Assembly: GCA_964638585.1 (NCBI GenBank)
Contig: CAZXAN010000005.1
Coordinates: forward strand, 1-56,435
Length of the DNA: 56,435 nt
Reading direction: 5' to 3'
Origin: an uncultured Candidatus Saccharibacteria bacterium
Lineage (GTDB): Bacteria; Patescibacteriota; Minisyncoccia; Phycocordibacterales; Phycocordibacteraceae
The notes beneath the pieces were generated by a model that saw nothing but the letters and a program-made list of their open reading frames with translations, searched no databases and was not told where the DNA came from. The first letter of the stretch is position 1, and every line of letters starts with the position of its first letter. The position numbers and the translations under genes were made by a program. This document shows, in pieces, positions 45,997 to 55,283 of this stretch.

Positions 45997-47039
45997 CTCA
46001 TATGATAAAAATTGGGAAGCATGCGATTGGAGTCGGGCACAAAACTCTCATCGTCGCAGAAATGTCGGGCAATCATAATCACGATATTAAACGTGCATTC
46101 AAGATTATTGATGCTGCAGCAGATGCTGGTGCCGACGCCATCAAGCTACAGACCTATACGCCGGATACTCTAACGATAGATTCTGATACAAAGCCATTTA
46201 TGGTGACTTGGAAGGGTAAGCGTCGTACGCTCTACGACTTATATGGCGAAGCGCACACTCCGTGGGCATGGCATGCCAAACTCTTTGCGCATGCGAAGAA
46301 GCGCGGACTGCTCTGCTTCTCTACGCCATTTGATAAAACGGCAGTGGATTTTTTGGAGAAGTTGAATGTCTCGTGTTACAAGGTCGCATCGTTTGAGATA
46401 GTTGATATTCCTCTATTAGAGGCGATCGGCAAAACAAAGAAGCCAGTGATTATGTCGCGCGGTATGGCGAGTGCTGAAGAAATAACTCTTGCGATTAAAA
46501 CACTACGTACGTTCGGTACCAAAGAAATTATTTTATTGCACTGCGTGAGCGCGTATCCGGCAAGCGCTTCTGACATGAACCTTTCTACGATTCCAGATAT
46601 GCGAAAGCGTTTTGGAGTGCAGGTTGGCTTATCTGATCATACTCTTGGCACAGACATCTCTGTTGCTTCTATTGCGCTCGGCGCATGCATTATTGAGAAG
46701 CACTTTACTCTGCGACGCGCAGACGGCGGGCCAGACTCTAGCTTCTCTCTTGAGCCGAAAGAGTTGTCTGCTCTAGTACAGTCTGTGCGAACGGTAGAGA
46801 AGGCTCTCGGCAAACCGTCATATACGCAGAGCAAAGATGAAAAAGCCAATATCGTCTTCCGCAAGTCGTTATTTGTAGTGAAAGACGTGAAAAAGGGCGA
46901 GCGATTCACTAGTGAGAACGTGCGCTCTATTCGCCCCGGCAACGGCATGGCGCCGAAATTTTACCGCTCTGTACTTGGTTCGCGCGCTGCGCGTGACATC
47001 AAGCGTGCTACGCCTTTACAGAACAATCTGATAGCGTAA
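45993..47039 (+). CDS. pseI: Pseudaminic acid synthase (NeuB family with a C-terminal SAF domain)
   Basis: LIVAEMSGNHNHD, GADAIKLQTY, VGLSDHT. ATGA overlap with the upstream gene. Confidence 0.8.
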   Translation: MTHMIKIGKHAIGVGHKTLIVAEMSGNHNHDIKRAFKIIDAAADAGADAIKLQTYTPDTLTIDSDTKPFMVTWKGKRRTLYDLYGEAHTPWAWHAKLFAHAKKRGLLCFSTPFDKTAVDFLEKLNVSCYKVASFEIVDIPLLEAIGKTKKPVIMSRGMASAEEITLAIKTLRTFGTKEIILLHCVSAYPASASDMNLSTIPDMRKRFGVQVGLSDHTLGTDISVASIALGACIIEKHFTLRRADGGPDSSFSLEPKELSALVQSVRTVEKALGKPSYTQSKDEKANIVFRKSLFVVKDVKKGERFTSENVRSIRPGNGMAPKFYRSVLGSRAARDIKRATPLQNNLIA

Positions 47040-47048
47040 CGTATTCTT

Positions 47049-47732
47049 ATGAACAGCCAATCTGTACTCGTTATCATCCCAGCAAAAGAAAGGTCTACGC
47101 GACTGCCAGGGAAGAATATGAAAGATTTATGCGGGAAGCCCATGATGGCGTACCCCATTCTTGCCGCCAAAGGCGCACATGGAGTCAACAGAGTTGTTGT
47201 TTCAACTGAATCTGAAAAGATTAAAAAAATAGCCGAGCAATACGGAGCCGAAGTGCCGTTTCTGCGACCTATAGAACTCACTGAAGACGCAGTGACATCA
47301 CAAGACGTGCTTGTGCACGCGCTTGATGAATTAAAAAAACTTGAGGGCTACGAGCCAGATTATGTACTCTTGCTATACCCGACTTCGCCACTTCTATCGC
47401 GAGAGCGCATAGAACAGGCAATTGCGCTCGCGATTGAGAAGAATGCAGACTCTGTAATAAGCGGGCATTATGATAAGGGACATTATTGGGTTGAAGCTGA
47501 AGGTGGCGGTTGGCAAAGGCTGTATCCGACAGAGCTCGTAAACAGCCAGTATCAAAAGCCTCTTTTTGTAGAGAACGGAGCTATATATATGACTCGTGCA
47601 TCTATTTTGCGCAAACAGTTAATTGCTGATCGCGCTCAAGTTCTTCTTATGGAGCAAGATGAAAATGTTGATGTGGACTATCCAGAAGATTTTGCAAAAG
47701 TTGAAGCAATAATGAAGAGCAGAACAATGTAG
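47049..47732 (+). CDS. pseF: Acylneuraminate (CMP-nonulosonate) cytidylyltransferase, probable PseF
   Basis: VLVIIPAKERSTRLPGKNMKDLCGKPMMAYPI N-terminus of the CTP_transf_3 family, directly downstream of pseI. Confidence 0.7.
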   Translation: MNSQSVLVIIPAKERSTRLPGKNMKDLCGKPMMAYPILAAKGAHGVNRVVVSTESEKIKKIAEQYGAEVPFLRPIELTEDAVTSQDVLVHALDELKKLEGYEPDYVLLLYPTSPLLSRERIEQAIALAIEKNADSVISGHYDKGHYWVEAEGGGWQRLYPTELVNSQYQKPLFVENGAIYMTRASILRKQLIADRAQVLLMEQDENVDVDYPEDFAKVEAIMKSRTM

Positions 47733-47770
47733 CCTTACGGCGCTTTGGCAGGTTATAGTTATAACAAGCT

Positions 47771-47807
47771 ATGAAAGATACCACTAAGACGCTTTGGGAG
47801 GCGTTTG
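47771..47807 (+). repeat. Left 37-bp direct repeat (a decayed copy of the ABC exporter 5' end)
   Basis: ATGAAAGATACCACTAAGACGCT... matches 48786-48822 at 34/37 positions. It would encode only MKDTTKTLWEAFVY before a stop. Confidence 0.9.
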
Positions 47808-47823
47808 TGTATTGAATAAATGT

Positions 47824-48789
47824 ATGAAAAAACAAAATAATAAAATCGTAATATATCAGGCAAAAAACGGAGCGATTGAATTTCGTGGTGATATGTCACG
47901 AGAAACTATTTGGGCAACGCTCGATCAAATCGCTAGTGTTTTTGGTCGTGACAAGTCGGTCATTTCGAGACACCTAAAGAACATCTTCAGCGATGGTGAG
48001 CTAGATCGAAAGTCAGTTGTTGCAAAAAATGCAACAACTGCCGTCGATGGGAAAACGTATCAAGTCGAGTACTATAATCTCGACGTAATTCTTTCTGTTG
48101 GCTACAGGGTTAATTCAAAGACTGCCACACAATTCAGACAGTGGGCGACGAAGATGCTTCGAGAATATATCACGAAGGGCTACACCGTGAATCGTAAACA
48201 AATCGTGAAGAATTATGGCGCGTTTATGAAGTCGGTGGCGGATATACAGGCACTGCTACCAGAACATGTTGCACTCGACCCTAAGACGATATTAGAACTC
48301 GTGAAGGAGTTCTCGAGTACATGGATGTCGCTCGACGCGTACGATAAAGGGACTCTTACTGCTATCGGTACAACTAAGCGGTCAATTAAGCTCACTGGTG
48401 AAGAGCTCACTACGGCGATTGCGAGTCTACGCTCCGAACTTACGAAAAAAGGCGAAGCGACAGATATTTTTGCACAAGAGAGAAATGACGGTAGTATCGC
48501 CGGCATAGTAGGGAACGTCATGCAATCGTTTGGCGGTAAAGACTTGTACTCGACTATTGAAGAGAAGGCGGCACACTTACTGTATTTCATTGTAAAGAAT
48601 CATCCATTTACAGATGGCAATAAACGTTCTGGCGCCTTCTCTTTTATTTGGTTCTTACGGAAGGCTCGGTCTAAGAAATCGAGAAATATTAATCCTGGCG
48701 CGCTCACAGCGCTCACGCTTCTAATCGCCGAAAGCGATCCCGTGAGAAAGGATCAAATGGTTGCACTAATAACACAAATTCTAATATGA
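47824..48789 (+). CDS. RhuM-family N-terminal domain fused to a Fic/Doc domain
   Basis: The N-terminus (IVIYQAKNG...YYNLDVILSVGYRVNSKTATQFRQWATKMLREYITKGY) is typical of RhuM. The C-terminus carries the Fic/Doc motif HPFTDGNKRSG. Confidence 0.85.
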   Translation: MKKQNNKIVIYQAKNGAIEFRGDMSRETIWATLDQIASVFGRDKSVISRHLKNIFSDGELDRKSVVAKNATTAVDGKTYQVEYYNLDVILSVGYRVNSKTATQFRQWATKMLREYITKGYTVNRKQIVKNYGAFMKSVADIQALLPEHVALDPKTILELVKEFSSTWMSLDAYDKGTLTAIGTTKRSIKLTGEELTTAIASLRSELTKKGEATDIFAQERNDGSIAGIVGNVMQSFGGKDLYSTIEEKAAHLLYFIVKNHPFTDGNKRSGAFSFIWFLRKARSKKSRNINPGALTALTLLIAESDPVRKDQMVALITQILI

Positions 48790-48822
48790 AAGATACCACT
48801 AAGACGCTCTGGGTAGCGTTTG
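48786..48822 (+). repeat. Right 37-bp direct repeat (the functional 5' end of the ABC exporter gene)
   Basis: See 47771-47807. Confidence 0.9.
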
Positions 48823-50546
48823 GCAGATACCGCTGGCACGTTGTTGCTCTTGCGGTTTTTGGCATATTAAGCGCTCTCTTAGAGGGCATAGGCATCAACG
48901 CCGTCATACCTCTTATGTCGTTCTTTATGGGCGGTTCGGGAGCAGGGACAGACTTTATAACAAGCACGATACAAAACTTCTTTGCATTTCTGCACATACC
49001 GTTCAGCTTCAGATTTTTGCTCATATTTATATTCTGCTTATTTGTCGCTCGGTCAATATCAGTGGTCGTATTCGGCTACATACGCGGGTGGATCGGCGCA
49101 GACTTCCTTGGTAAAGAAAGTGAGGACGTTGTCCGCAGAGTGCTTATGTCGTCTTGGGCTTTTTCTCTCAAACAGAAGATAGGCACGATGCACAACACTC
49201 TTGTACGCGATGTACAACAGACCAGCGGGCTCCTTGGCACACTCGCACAAGTCATACAGTCGTCTACTGGTTTCTTGATGTATCTGCTTGTAGCGATAAA
49301 CATTTCTCCAGTGATGACGTTTTATACGATTGCAGGCGGAGCGATATTGCTCTTCACTCTAAGACCGTTTCTGCGCCGTACGCAGAACATAGGCTTGCAA
49401 GCTGCCGGAGTAGAGAAGCAGTTCTCGCAGTTCTTAAGTGAGCATATTATCGGTATGAAATCTATCAAGGCTGCCGGCGTAGAGAGAGAGGCGATTAAAA
49501 GCGGTTCTGCGCATATACGGCTTCTGCGCCACCTCTCTATACGGCAGGCTCTAGTGCGCACGATTAACACGAGCTTCTTCCAGCCTACGGCTATTGTGCT
49601 AGTTGTCATTCTCTTCTTGTTGACGTATCACGCTCCTGGATTCAACATCATTTCTTTCGCAGCATCTCTATATCTCATACAAAAGATATTTACATATCTT
49701 GAATCAGGTCAGAACGCTCTGCAGTCTATAAATGAGCTCTTGCCGTATGCCAAGAACATAGCCAGCTTTAAACGTAGTCTTGATGTGCATAGAGAGTCAG
49801 CAGAGGGTGACAAACCTTTTGTACTCAAGAAAGAGCTGACATTTAAGAACGTCTCGTTCTCATATGACGAAGGCAAGCAAGTTTTAGATGATGTAAGTTT
49901 ATCTGTTCGCGCCGGAGAGACCGTCGGACTCATTGGCCCTTCAGGAGCAGGCAAGACGTCAATCGCAGATCTTCTTCTGCGCCTCTTCAAGCCGAGCGAA
50001 GGGTCGCTCCTGCTTGATGGTGTGCCAAGCAACGATATTGCAATATCTGAATGGCGCAAACATATAGGATACGTGTCGCAGGATGTGTTCTTGCTCAACG
50101 ATACGATTGAAGAGAACATAAGGTTCTACAACACAGAGATAACTTCAGACGATATAAAGAGGGCGGCCAGACAGGCTAATATCTATGACTTTGTGATGGA
50201 ACTGCCAGAAGGCTTTAAGACAACGACAGGTGACCGCGGAGTATTGCTCTCTGGCGGACAGCGCCAGCGTATCGCTCTCGCTCGCGCTCTAGCAGGCAAC
50301 CCATCTCTATTAGTGCTTGACGAGGCGACAAGCGCTCTTGACTCTGCATCTGAGAAGTTGATACAAGAGTCTATTCGCGCTCTGCATGGCGACGTGACAG
50401 TGTTTATTATCGCGCACCGCTTGAGCACCATAGAACACTCGGACAAGCTGTTCGTACTTGATCGCGGTAAGATTATTGAAGAAGGCACTCCAAACGAGTT
50501 ACTCGCACGATCAGACTCTTATTTTTCTAAACATCATGGATCTTAA
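48786..50546 (+). CDS. ABC transporter, fused permease/ATP-binding protein (exporter type)
   Basis: Six-TM N-terminal half, Walker A GPSGAGKTS, signature LSGGQRQR, Walker B LLVLDEATS. Confidence 0.9.
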   Translation: MKDTTKTLWVAFGRYRWHVVALAVFGILSALLEGIGINAVIPLMSFFMGGSGAGTDFITSTIQNFFAFLHIPFSFRFLLIFIFCLFVARSISVVVFGYIRGWIGADFLGKESEDVVRRVLMSSWAFSLKQKIGTMHNTLVRDVQQTSGLLGTLAQVIQSSTGFLMYLLVAINISPVMTFYTIAGGAILLFTLRPFLRRTQNIGLQAAGVEKQFSQFLSEHIIGMKSIKAAGVEREAIKSGSAHIRLLRHLSIRQALVRTINTSFFQPTAIVLVVILFLLTYHAPGFNIISFAASLYLIQKIFTYLESGQNALQSINELLPYAKNIASFKRSLDVHRESAEGDKPFVLKKELTFKNVSFSYDEGKQVLDDVSLSVRAGETVGLIGPSGAGKTSIADLLLRLFKPSEGSLLLDGVPSNDIAISEWRKHIGYVSQDVFLLNDTIEENIRFYNTEITSDDIKRAARQANIYDFVMELPEGFKTTTGDRGVLLSGGQRQRIALARALAGNPSLLVLDEATSALDSASEKLIQESIRALHGDVTVFIIAHRLSTIEHSDKLFVLDRGKIIEEGTPNELLARSDSYFSKHHGS

Positions 50547-51630
50547 GCAATATCTCACGATAATAGCTGGCATCTTTGTGTCAGCGCTTTTATTTGTGCC
50601 GATAATGGAGGCGGTTGACTCAAACGATTATAATTTGTTATCTACAGACACAGAGACAGGTCTCTATCGTTACAAGCCAAACAGCTCATTTAAAACTTCA
50701 GGCGATTGTTATGAAAACATTGTAGAGGTAAATAATCTCGGCTTTCACGGTGCTCAAGTCTCGCAATTGAAGGAGAAAGATACGTTTAGGATTGTTGTGG
50801 TAGGCAGTTCTTATGTCTCTGCGATACAAGTTCCTGTTGATGACATGTTCTCAACAATTCTTGAGAACAGACTTAACGCAGACTCCTATCGCAAATATTC
50901 TTACGAAGTTATTCCGATAGCAATAGGAGGACAGAGCAGGATGCTTCTTGATATCTTCTATTATCTAAAGTATGGCGCATCTCTCAAACCGGATCTGATT
51001 ATTAATATTGAAAGTGATCAAGAGTTAATTGACGAACATGATATCAACACGTCTGTTCTAGACGAGAGAGGAAATGTGATCGCGGTGACGCCAAAGGGAG
51101 ACGAGAGTTCTGGCGTAGCGCTTGCGCGCTCTATAAGCCGACACTCTAAACTTCTCGTGAATCTATATAACAGAGTACTCGTTTTCAAAAGCAATTTAAA
51201 TTCTTATTTGTCAGAGCCGTTTGCTACGTCAGTGCAGACAACAGTTCCTGTAGAAAATTCTGCGACAGAAGCAGAATCTGCACTGGCTGAAAAAGAGTTA
51301 TGGCAGAAAAAAGAAAAAATGTTAAATATTTTTGCAGAACAGGTATATAAAGATGGTGCGAAATTTGTATATGCATCGTGGACTGGTCCGTGGACGAAAA
51401 CGTCTATAGCTCTTGAGTTCCCTAAGCACGGTGCAGAAATTGCAGAGAAAAATAATTTTCCATATGTTGACATAACTCCAGCATTTAGAGCAAAAGAGAT
51501 AGGCTCTGGTAAGAGTGGGACGTATTTGTGCGACATACACTGGAACGCAGACGGCAACGAGTATGTTGCTGATGCCCTATTCTCTTATCTGACGTCAAAC
51601 AAGGATCTGTTCATGCGTAAACCAATATGA
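50536..51630 (+). CDS. Membrane-anchored SGNH/AlgJ/AlgX/DltD-like protein (partner of MBOAT)
   Basis: N-terminal TM helix, FRIVVVGSSYVSA block, and C-terminal CDIHWNADGNEYVADAL. Start at ATG 50536; the gene overlaps the MBOAT start. Confidence 0.65.
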   Translation: MDLKQYLTIIAGIFVSALLFVPIMEAVDSNDYNLLSTDTETGLYRYKPNSSFKTSGDCYENIVEVNNLGFHGAQVSQLKEKDTFRIVVVGSSYVSAIQVPVDDMFSTILENRLNADSYRKYSYEVIPIAIGGQSRMLLDIFYYLKYGASLKPDLIINIESDQELIDEHDINTSVLDERGNVIAVTPKGDESSGVALARSISRHSKLLVNLYNRVLVFKSNLNSYLSEPFATSVQTTVPVENSATEAESALAEKELWQKKEKMLNIFAEQVYKDGAKFVYASWTGPWTKTSIALEFPKHGAEIAEKNNFPYVDITPAFRAKEIGSGKSGTYLCDIHWNADGNEYVADALFSYLTSNKDLFMRKPI

Positions 51631-53099
51631 CATTTATTTCAATCGCTTTTGTCGTCTTTTTTGTCGCAATAGTCGTCGCATACTATTTGTGTCCACAACG
51701 TTACAGATGGGCTTTGCTCTTGCTCGGCAGTTGTTACTTCTATGCCGCCTTCGTGCCTAAATACATCTTTGTCCTCTTTTTTATTATTCTTGTCAGTTTC
51801 ATTCTTGCTAAGCAGATTGAGCAGAGCTCTGGTAAGAAGAAGCAAGTCCTGTTTATCGCGAGTGTGTTCTTGACTATCGGCGTGCTATTTATCTTCAAAT
51901 ACTTTAACTTCTTCAACGAGAATGTTGGTGCGCTCGCGAGCGCGCTCAACTGGAATTATTCAATAGAATCTCTCTCCATACTCTTACCGCTCGGACTCTC
52001 TTTCCACACGTTCCAGACGATCAGTTATCTAATAGAAGTGTATAGAGGTAATTATCCGGCAGAACGGCATCTAGGGCATTATTCGCTTTATGTAATGTTC
52101 TTCCCACAGCTGGTCGCAGGCCCTATTGAGAGACCATCGCATCTACTACCTCAATTTAAAAAAGTTGTTTCATTTGATAAGAACAACATATTTTCTGGCC
52201 TGCGACTCATGGCTTGGGGATTTTTCAAAAAAATAGTCATTGCCGACAGGCTCGCGGTCTCGGTCAACTATATATATGCGAACATCACAGATGTCTCTGG
52301 ACCAAGCATAATATTTGCAATGCTCATATTCTCTCTACAGCTCTATGCAGACTTCTCCGGCTATACAGACATAGCGCGCGGTAGCGCGCGTGTACTCGGC
52401 ATTGATCTTGTGCGCAACTTCAATCAGCCGTACTTCTCTCGTTCAATATCAGAGTTCTGGCGCCGTTGGCACATTTCTCTCTACTCGTGGTTTAGAGATT
52501 ATGTATATATTCCGCTTGGTGGTAATAGAGAGGGCAAGTATAAACAATATAGAAACATAATTATTGTCTTCGCTATTATGGGCTTCTGGCACGGTGCTGC
52601 GTGGACATTTATAATTATGGGTCTTTTGTTCGGACTTTACATAGTGGTTGGGCGCTTGACTGAAGAGATGCGTGAGAGATTTGTGATAAACATCAGACTT
52701 AATCGTCTGTCACGTTTGCGCGCAATGTTGCAGATGTTTATTACGTTCGTATTGGTAAATATAGGATGGGTCTTTTTCCGTTCGCCAGACATCCCTACAG
52801 TGATTGCGTTTTTTAAACAAGCGTTTGTAGGATGGGGCATACCGTTTGCACAGTTTGTAGAGATGTATGTTGTACATCCTATGTCAAATATCGGAATGAG
52901 GAGTTCAGAGCTTGGCATCTCGGTTGCCGTCTTGGCGGTTCTCTTTTTTGTTGAGAATCTTGAGCGCCGTGGGCGTCTTAACGAGTTTCTTAATAAACAA
53001 CCGTTATTTGTTCTCTCTGTGCTCTACAGCTCTATCATTTTTGCCATTGTTCTTCTTGGCATGTTCACCGCCAGCACCTTTATTTACTTCCAGTTTTGA
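51627..53099 (+). CDS. MBOAT-family membrane O-acyltransferase (AlgI/DltB-like)
   Basis: FHTFQTISYLIEVYRG, RRWHISLYSWFRDYVYIPLGGNR and GFWHGAAW, with the conserved His. Confidence 0.9.
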   Translation: MTFISIAFVVFFVAIVVAYYLCPQRYRWALLLLGSCYFYAAFVPKYIFVLFFIILVSFILAKQIEQSSGKKKQVLFIASVFLTIGVLFIFKYFNFFNENVGALASALNWNYSIESLSILLPLGLSFHTFQTISYLIEVYRGNYPAERHLGHYSLYVMFFPQLVAGPIERPSHLLPQFKKVVSFDKNNIFSGLRLMAWGFFKKIVIADRLAVSVNYIYANITDVSGPSIIFAMLIFSLQLYADFSGYTDIARGSARVLGIDLVRNFNQPYFSRSISEFWRRWHISLYSWFRDYVYIPLGGNREGKYKQYRNIIIVFAIMGFWHGAAWTFIIMGLLFGLYIVVGRLTEEMRERFVINIRLNRLSRLRAMLQMFITFVLVNIGWVFFRSPDIPTVIAFFKQAFVGWGIPFAQFVEMYVVHPMSNIGMRSSELGISVAVLAVLFFVENLERRGRLNEFLNKQPLFVLSVLYSSIIFAIVLLGMFTASTFIYFQF

Positions 53100-53117
53100 A
53101 GTATACTAACCGCCATC

Positions 53118-55283
53118 ATGCACGGAGAGGGGATAGCAAAGCAGATCGCACGGTGGGTGGCGCTAGGTGCGCTATTTCTTCTACCATTTACTCCACTCGT
53201 GGTCGCAAACGGTTACTTCTTCCCATTTATCACAGGCAAGGCGTTTTATCTACGCATCTTGATAGAGGTGGCTGTCGCTGGATGGGTTGTTCTCGCACTC
53301 TTAGATAAAGCATATCGCCCGAGATTCTCTTGGATCGGCGCTGCTGTAGTAGGGTTTGTCGTGTGGATGTTTGTCGCGGACGCGTTCGCGATTAATGCCA
53401 CAAAGGCTTTCTGGAGCAACTTTGAGCGCATGGAGGGTTGGGTTCTTTTAGCACATCTTCTAGGCTTGTTCTTCGCCATGAGCTCTGTATTACGCGTGGA
53501 GAAAAAATGGCGAACATGGTTTCTTTCATCGCTCGGAGTCTCAGTAATCATTGTGGGGTATGCTCTATTGCAACTTAACGGCTCGTTAGATATTCATCAG
53601 GGTTCTACACGCATAGATGCTACACTCGGCAACTCTGCCTATCTCGCCGTATATTTTCTCTTCAACATTTTCGTCGCGTTGTGGCTTGCTATAACAGAGA
53701 AATACACATGGCTTAAGTGGTCGCTTGTCGCTCTGGCGGTTGTAGAAGCTGTTCTCCTATTCTTTACAGAAACGCGAGGTACTATAATAGGATTCTCTAT
53801 AGCTATATTGCTAGCTGGGCTACTGTTTGTTTTGACGGCAGGCAAGGGTGCTAGGCGCAATGCTGTCATAGGACTTGTTGTGGCGCTTGTGGCACTTACT
53901 GGCTTCTATCTTGCACGCGACTCTAGTTTTGTCAGGAGCAATCACGTGTTAGAACGTGTTGCTTCAATCTCGCTCTCAGACGGCTCTACGCGATTTACGA
54001 TCTGGAATATGGCACTAAAGGGGACTCTGGAGCGTCCGCTTACCGGCTATGGACAGGAGGGCTTTAATTACATTTTCAATAAGTTCTACGACCCGTCGCT
54101 CTATCATCAAGAACAATGGTTTGATAGGGCGCACAACGCTTTTATAGATTGGCTTACCGCCGGCGGTATCCCAGCATTTTTGTTCTATCTGTCTCTTTTC
54201 GGCTCTGCGATTTTCTTATTGTGGAGGAGCTCGGAGCTGTCGCGTCCTGAGCGAATTCTCCTCACATCTGCACTTGTTGGCTACGCTGTTCATAATATAT
54301 TTGTATTTGACAATCTATATTCATACATATATTTCTTCGCGATACTCGCGCTTATTGACTCGCAGGTATCTAGGCCTATTGAAAAGTTAGAGAACGTTGG
54401 AGAATTATCGCCAGGAGACGGCGTTACATATGCGCTCCCAGTTGCAACTGCTGCTCTAGTCGCGCTTATTTGGTTTGTAAATATTTCAGGAATGCAGGCG
54501 GCGTCTAAGCTTATCAAGGCGATGTCACCAAACAGTGTCGGCATATCTGGTAACATTGCGCTCTTTGAAGAGCTTGCCGCGGATAAGCCGTTTGCTATGC
54601 AAGAGGTGCGAGAACAGATAATCTCATTTGCGAGTTCTGTAGTGCAGAGCACGCAGGCTACAGACGAAGACAAACAAAAGATAGTCAAGTTGGCGATGGA
54701 GGAGATGCAGAAACAAGTCTCTGCTTATCCGCTTGACGCACGCGAGCATTTACAGCTCTCATATGTCTACAGAATCATAGGGGACAGCGCGAATGCTCTA
54801 AAAGAGGTTGATACAGCAATACTTCTATCGCCCGGCAAAATAGCTTTCTATATTGAGAGGGGAACTATTGAGTGGGCTATTGGTGATGCTAAATCAGCAC
54901 AGAGAGATTTTAATAATGCTTATGCACTCGCACCACAATTTCCTGAACTCGCAGCGTATTCTGCCGCCGGGGACATAGTAGCCGGAGATAGAGCAAAGGC
55001 TAGTGAGACTCTTATTAAGGTGTTTGGCACGACTGTAGTAGACAACGATGTGCTGGCGGCGGCTTATTACAGCACCAAGGACTGGGCATCTCTAATCGCA
55101 ATGTGGAAGTTGCGTGCAGAGAGAAGTGATGCGAATGCTGAGGATCTGTTTGGTCTCGCTTCTGCGTATTATGCATCAGGAGATAGAGTGAACGCGAAGA
55201 AGACGATCAATATCGCAATCTCCAGATATCCTGAGACTGCTGCTGCAGGTGCTGAAGCTCTCAAGCAAATAGACGGGAAATGA
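53118..55283 (+). CDS. O-antigen ligase/polymerase (Wzy_C) family membrane protein with a C-terminal TPR region
   Basis: About 12 TM segments, GNSAYLAVYF and DRAHNAFIDWLTAGGIPAF motifs. The C-terminal ~250 aa have TPR-like repeats. Confidence 0.75.
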   Translation: MHGEGIAKQIARWVALGALFLLPFTPLVVANGYFFPFITGKAFYLRILIEVAVAGWVVLALLDKAYRPRFSWIGAAVVGFVVWMFVADAFAINATKAFWSNFERMEGWVLLAHLLGLFFAMSSVLRVEKKWRTWFLSSLGVSVIIVGYALLQLNGSLDIHQGSTRIDATLGNSAYLAVYFLFNIFVALWLAITEKYTWLKWSLVALAVVEAVLLFFTETRGTIIGFSIAILLAGLLFVLTAGKGARRNAVIGLVVALVALTGFYLARDSSFVRSNHVLERVASISLSDGSTRFTIWNMALKGTLERPLTGYGQEGFNYIFNKFYDPSLYHQEQWFDRAHNAFIDWLTAGGIPAFLFYLSLFGSAIFLLWRSSELSRPERILLTSALVGYAVHNIFVFDNLYSYIYFFAILALIDSQVSRPIEKLENVGELSPGDGVTYALPVATAALVALIWFVNISGMQAASKLIKAMSPNSVGISGNIALFEELAADKPFAMQEVREQIISFASSVVQSTQATDEDKQKIVKLAMEEMQKQVSAYPLDAREHLQLSYVYRIIGDSANALKEVDTAILLSPGKIAFYIERGTIEWAIGDAKSAQRDFNNAYALAPQFPELAAYSAAGDIVAGDRAKASETLIKVFGTTVVDNDVLAAAYYSTKDWASLIAMWKLRAERSDANAEDLFGLASAYYASGDRVNAKKTINIAISRYPETAAAGAEALKQIDGK

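Noticed and set aside
23758-53099. AMP-ligase, MBOAT and SGNH genes interpreted as a split dlt (D-alanylation) operon
   Set aside because: The ligase is 25 kb from the MBOAT/SGNH pair and on the opposite strand. No DltC-like carrier protein is visible, and the MBOAT partner looks as much AlgJ/AlgX-like as DltD-like.
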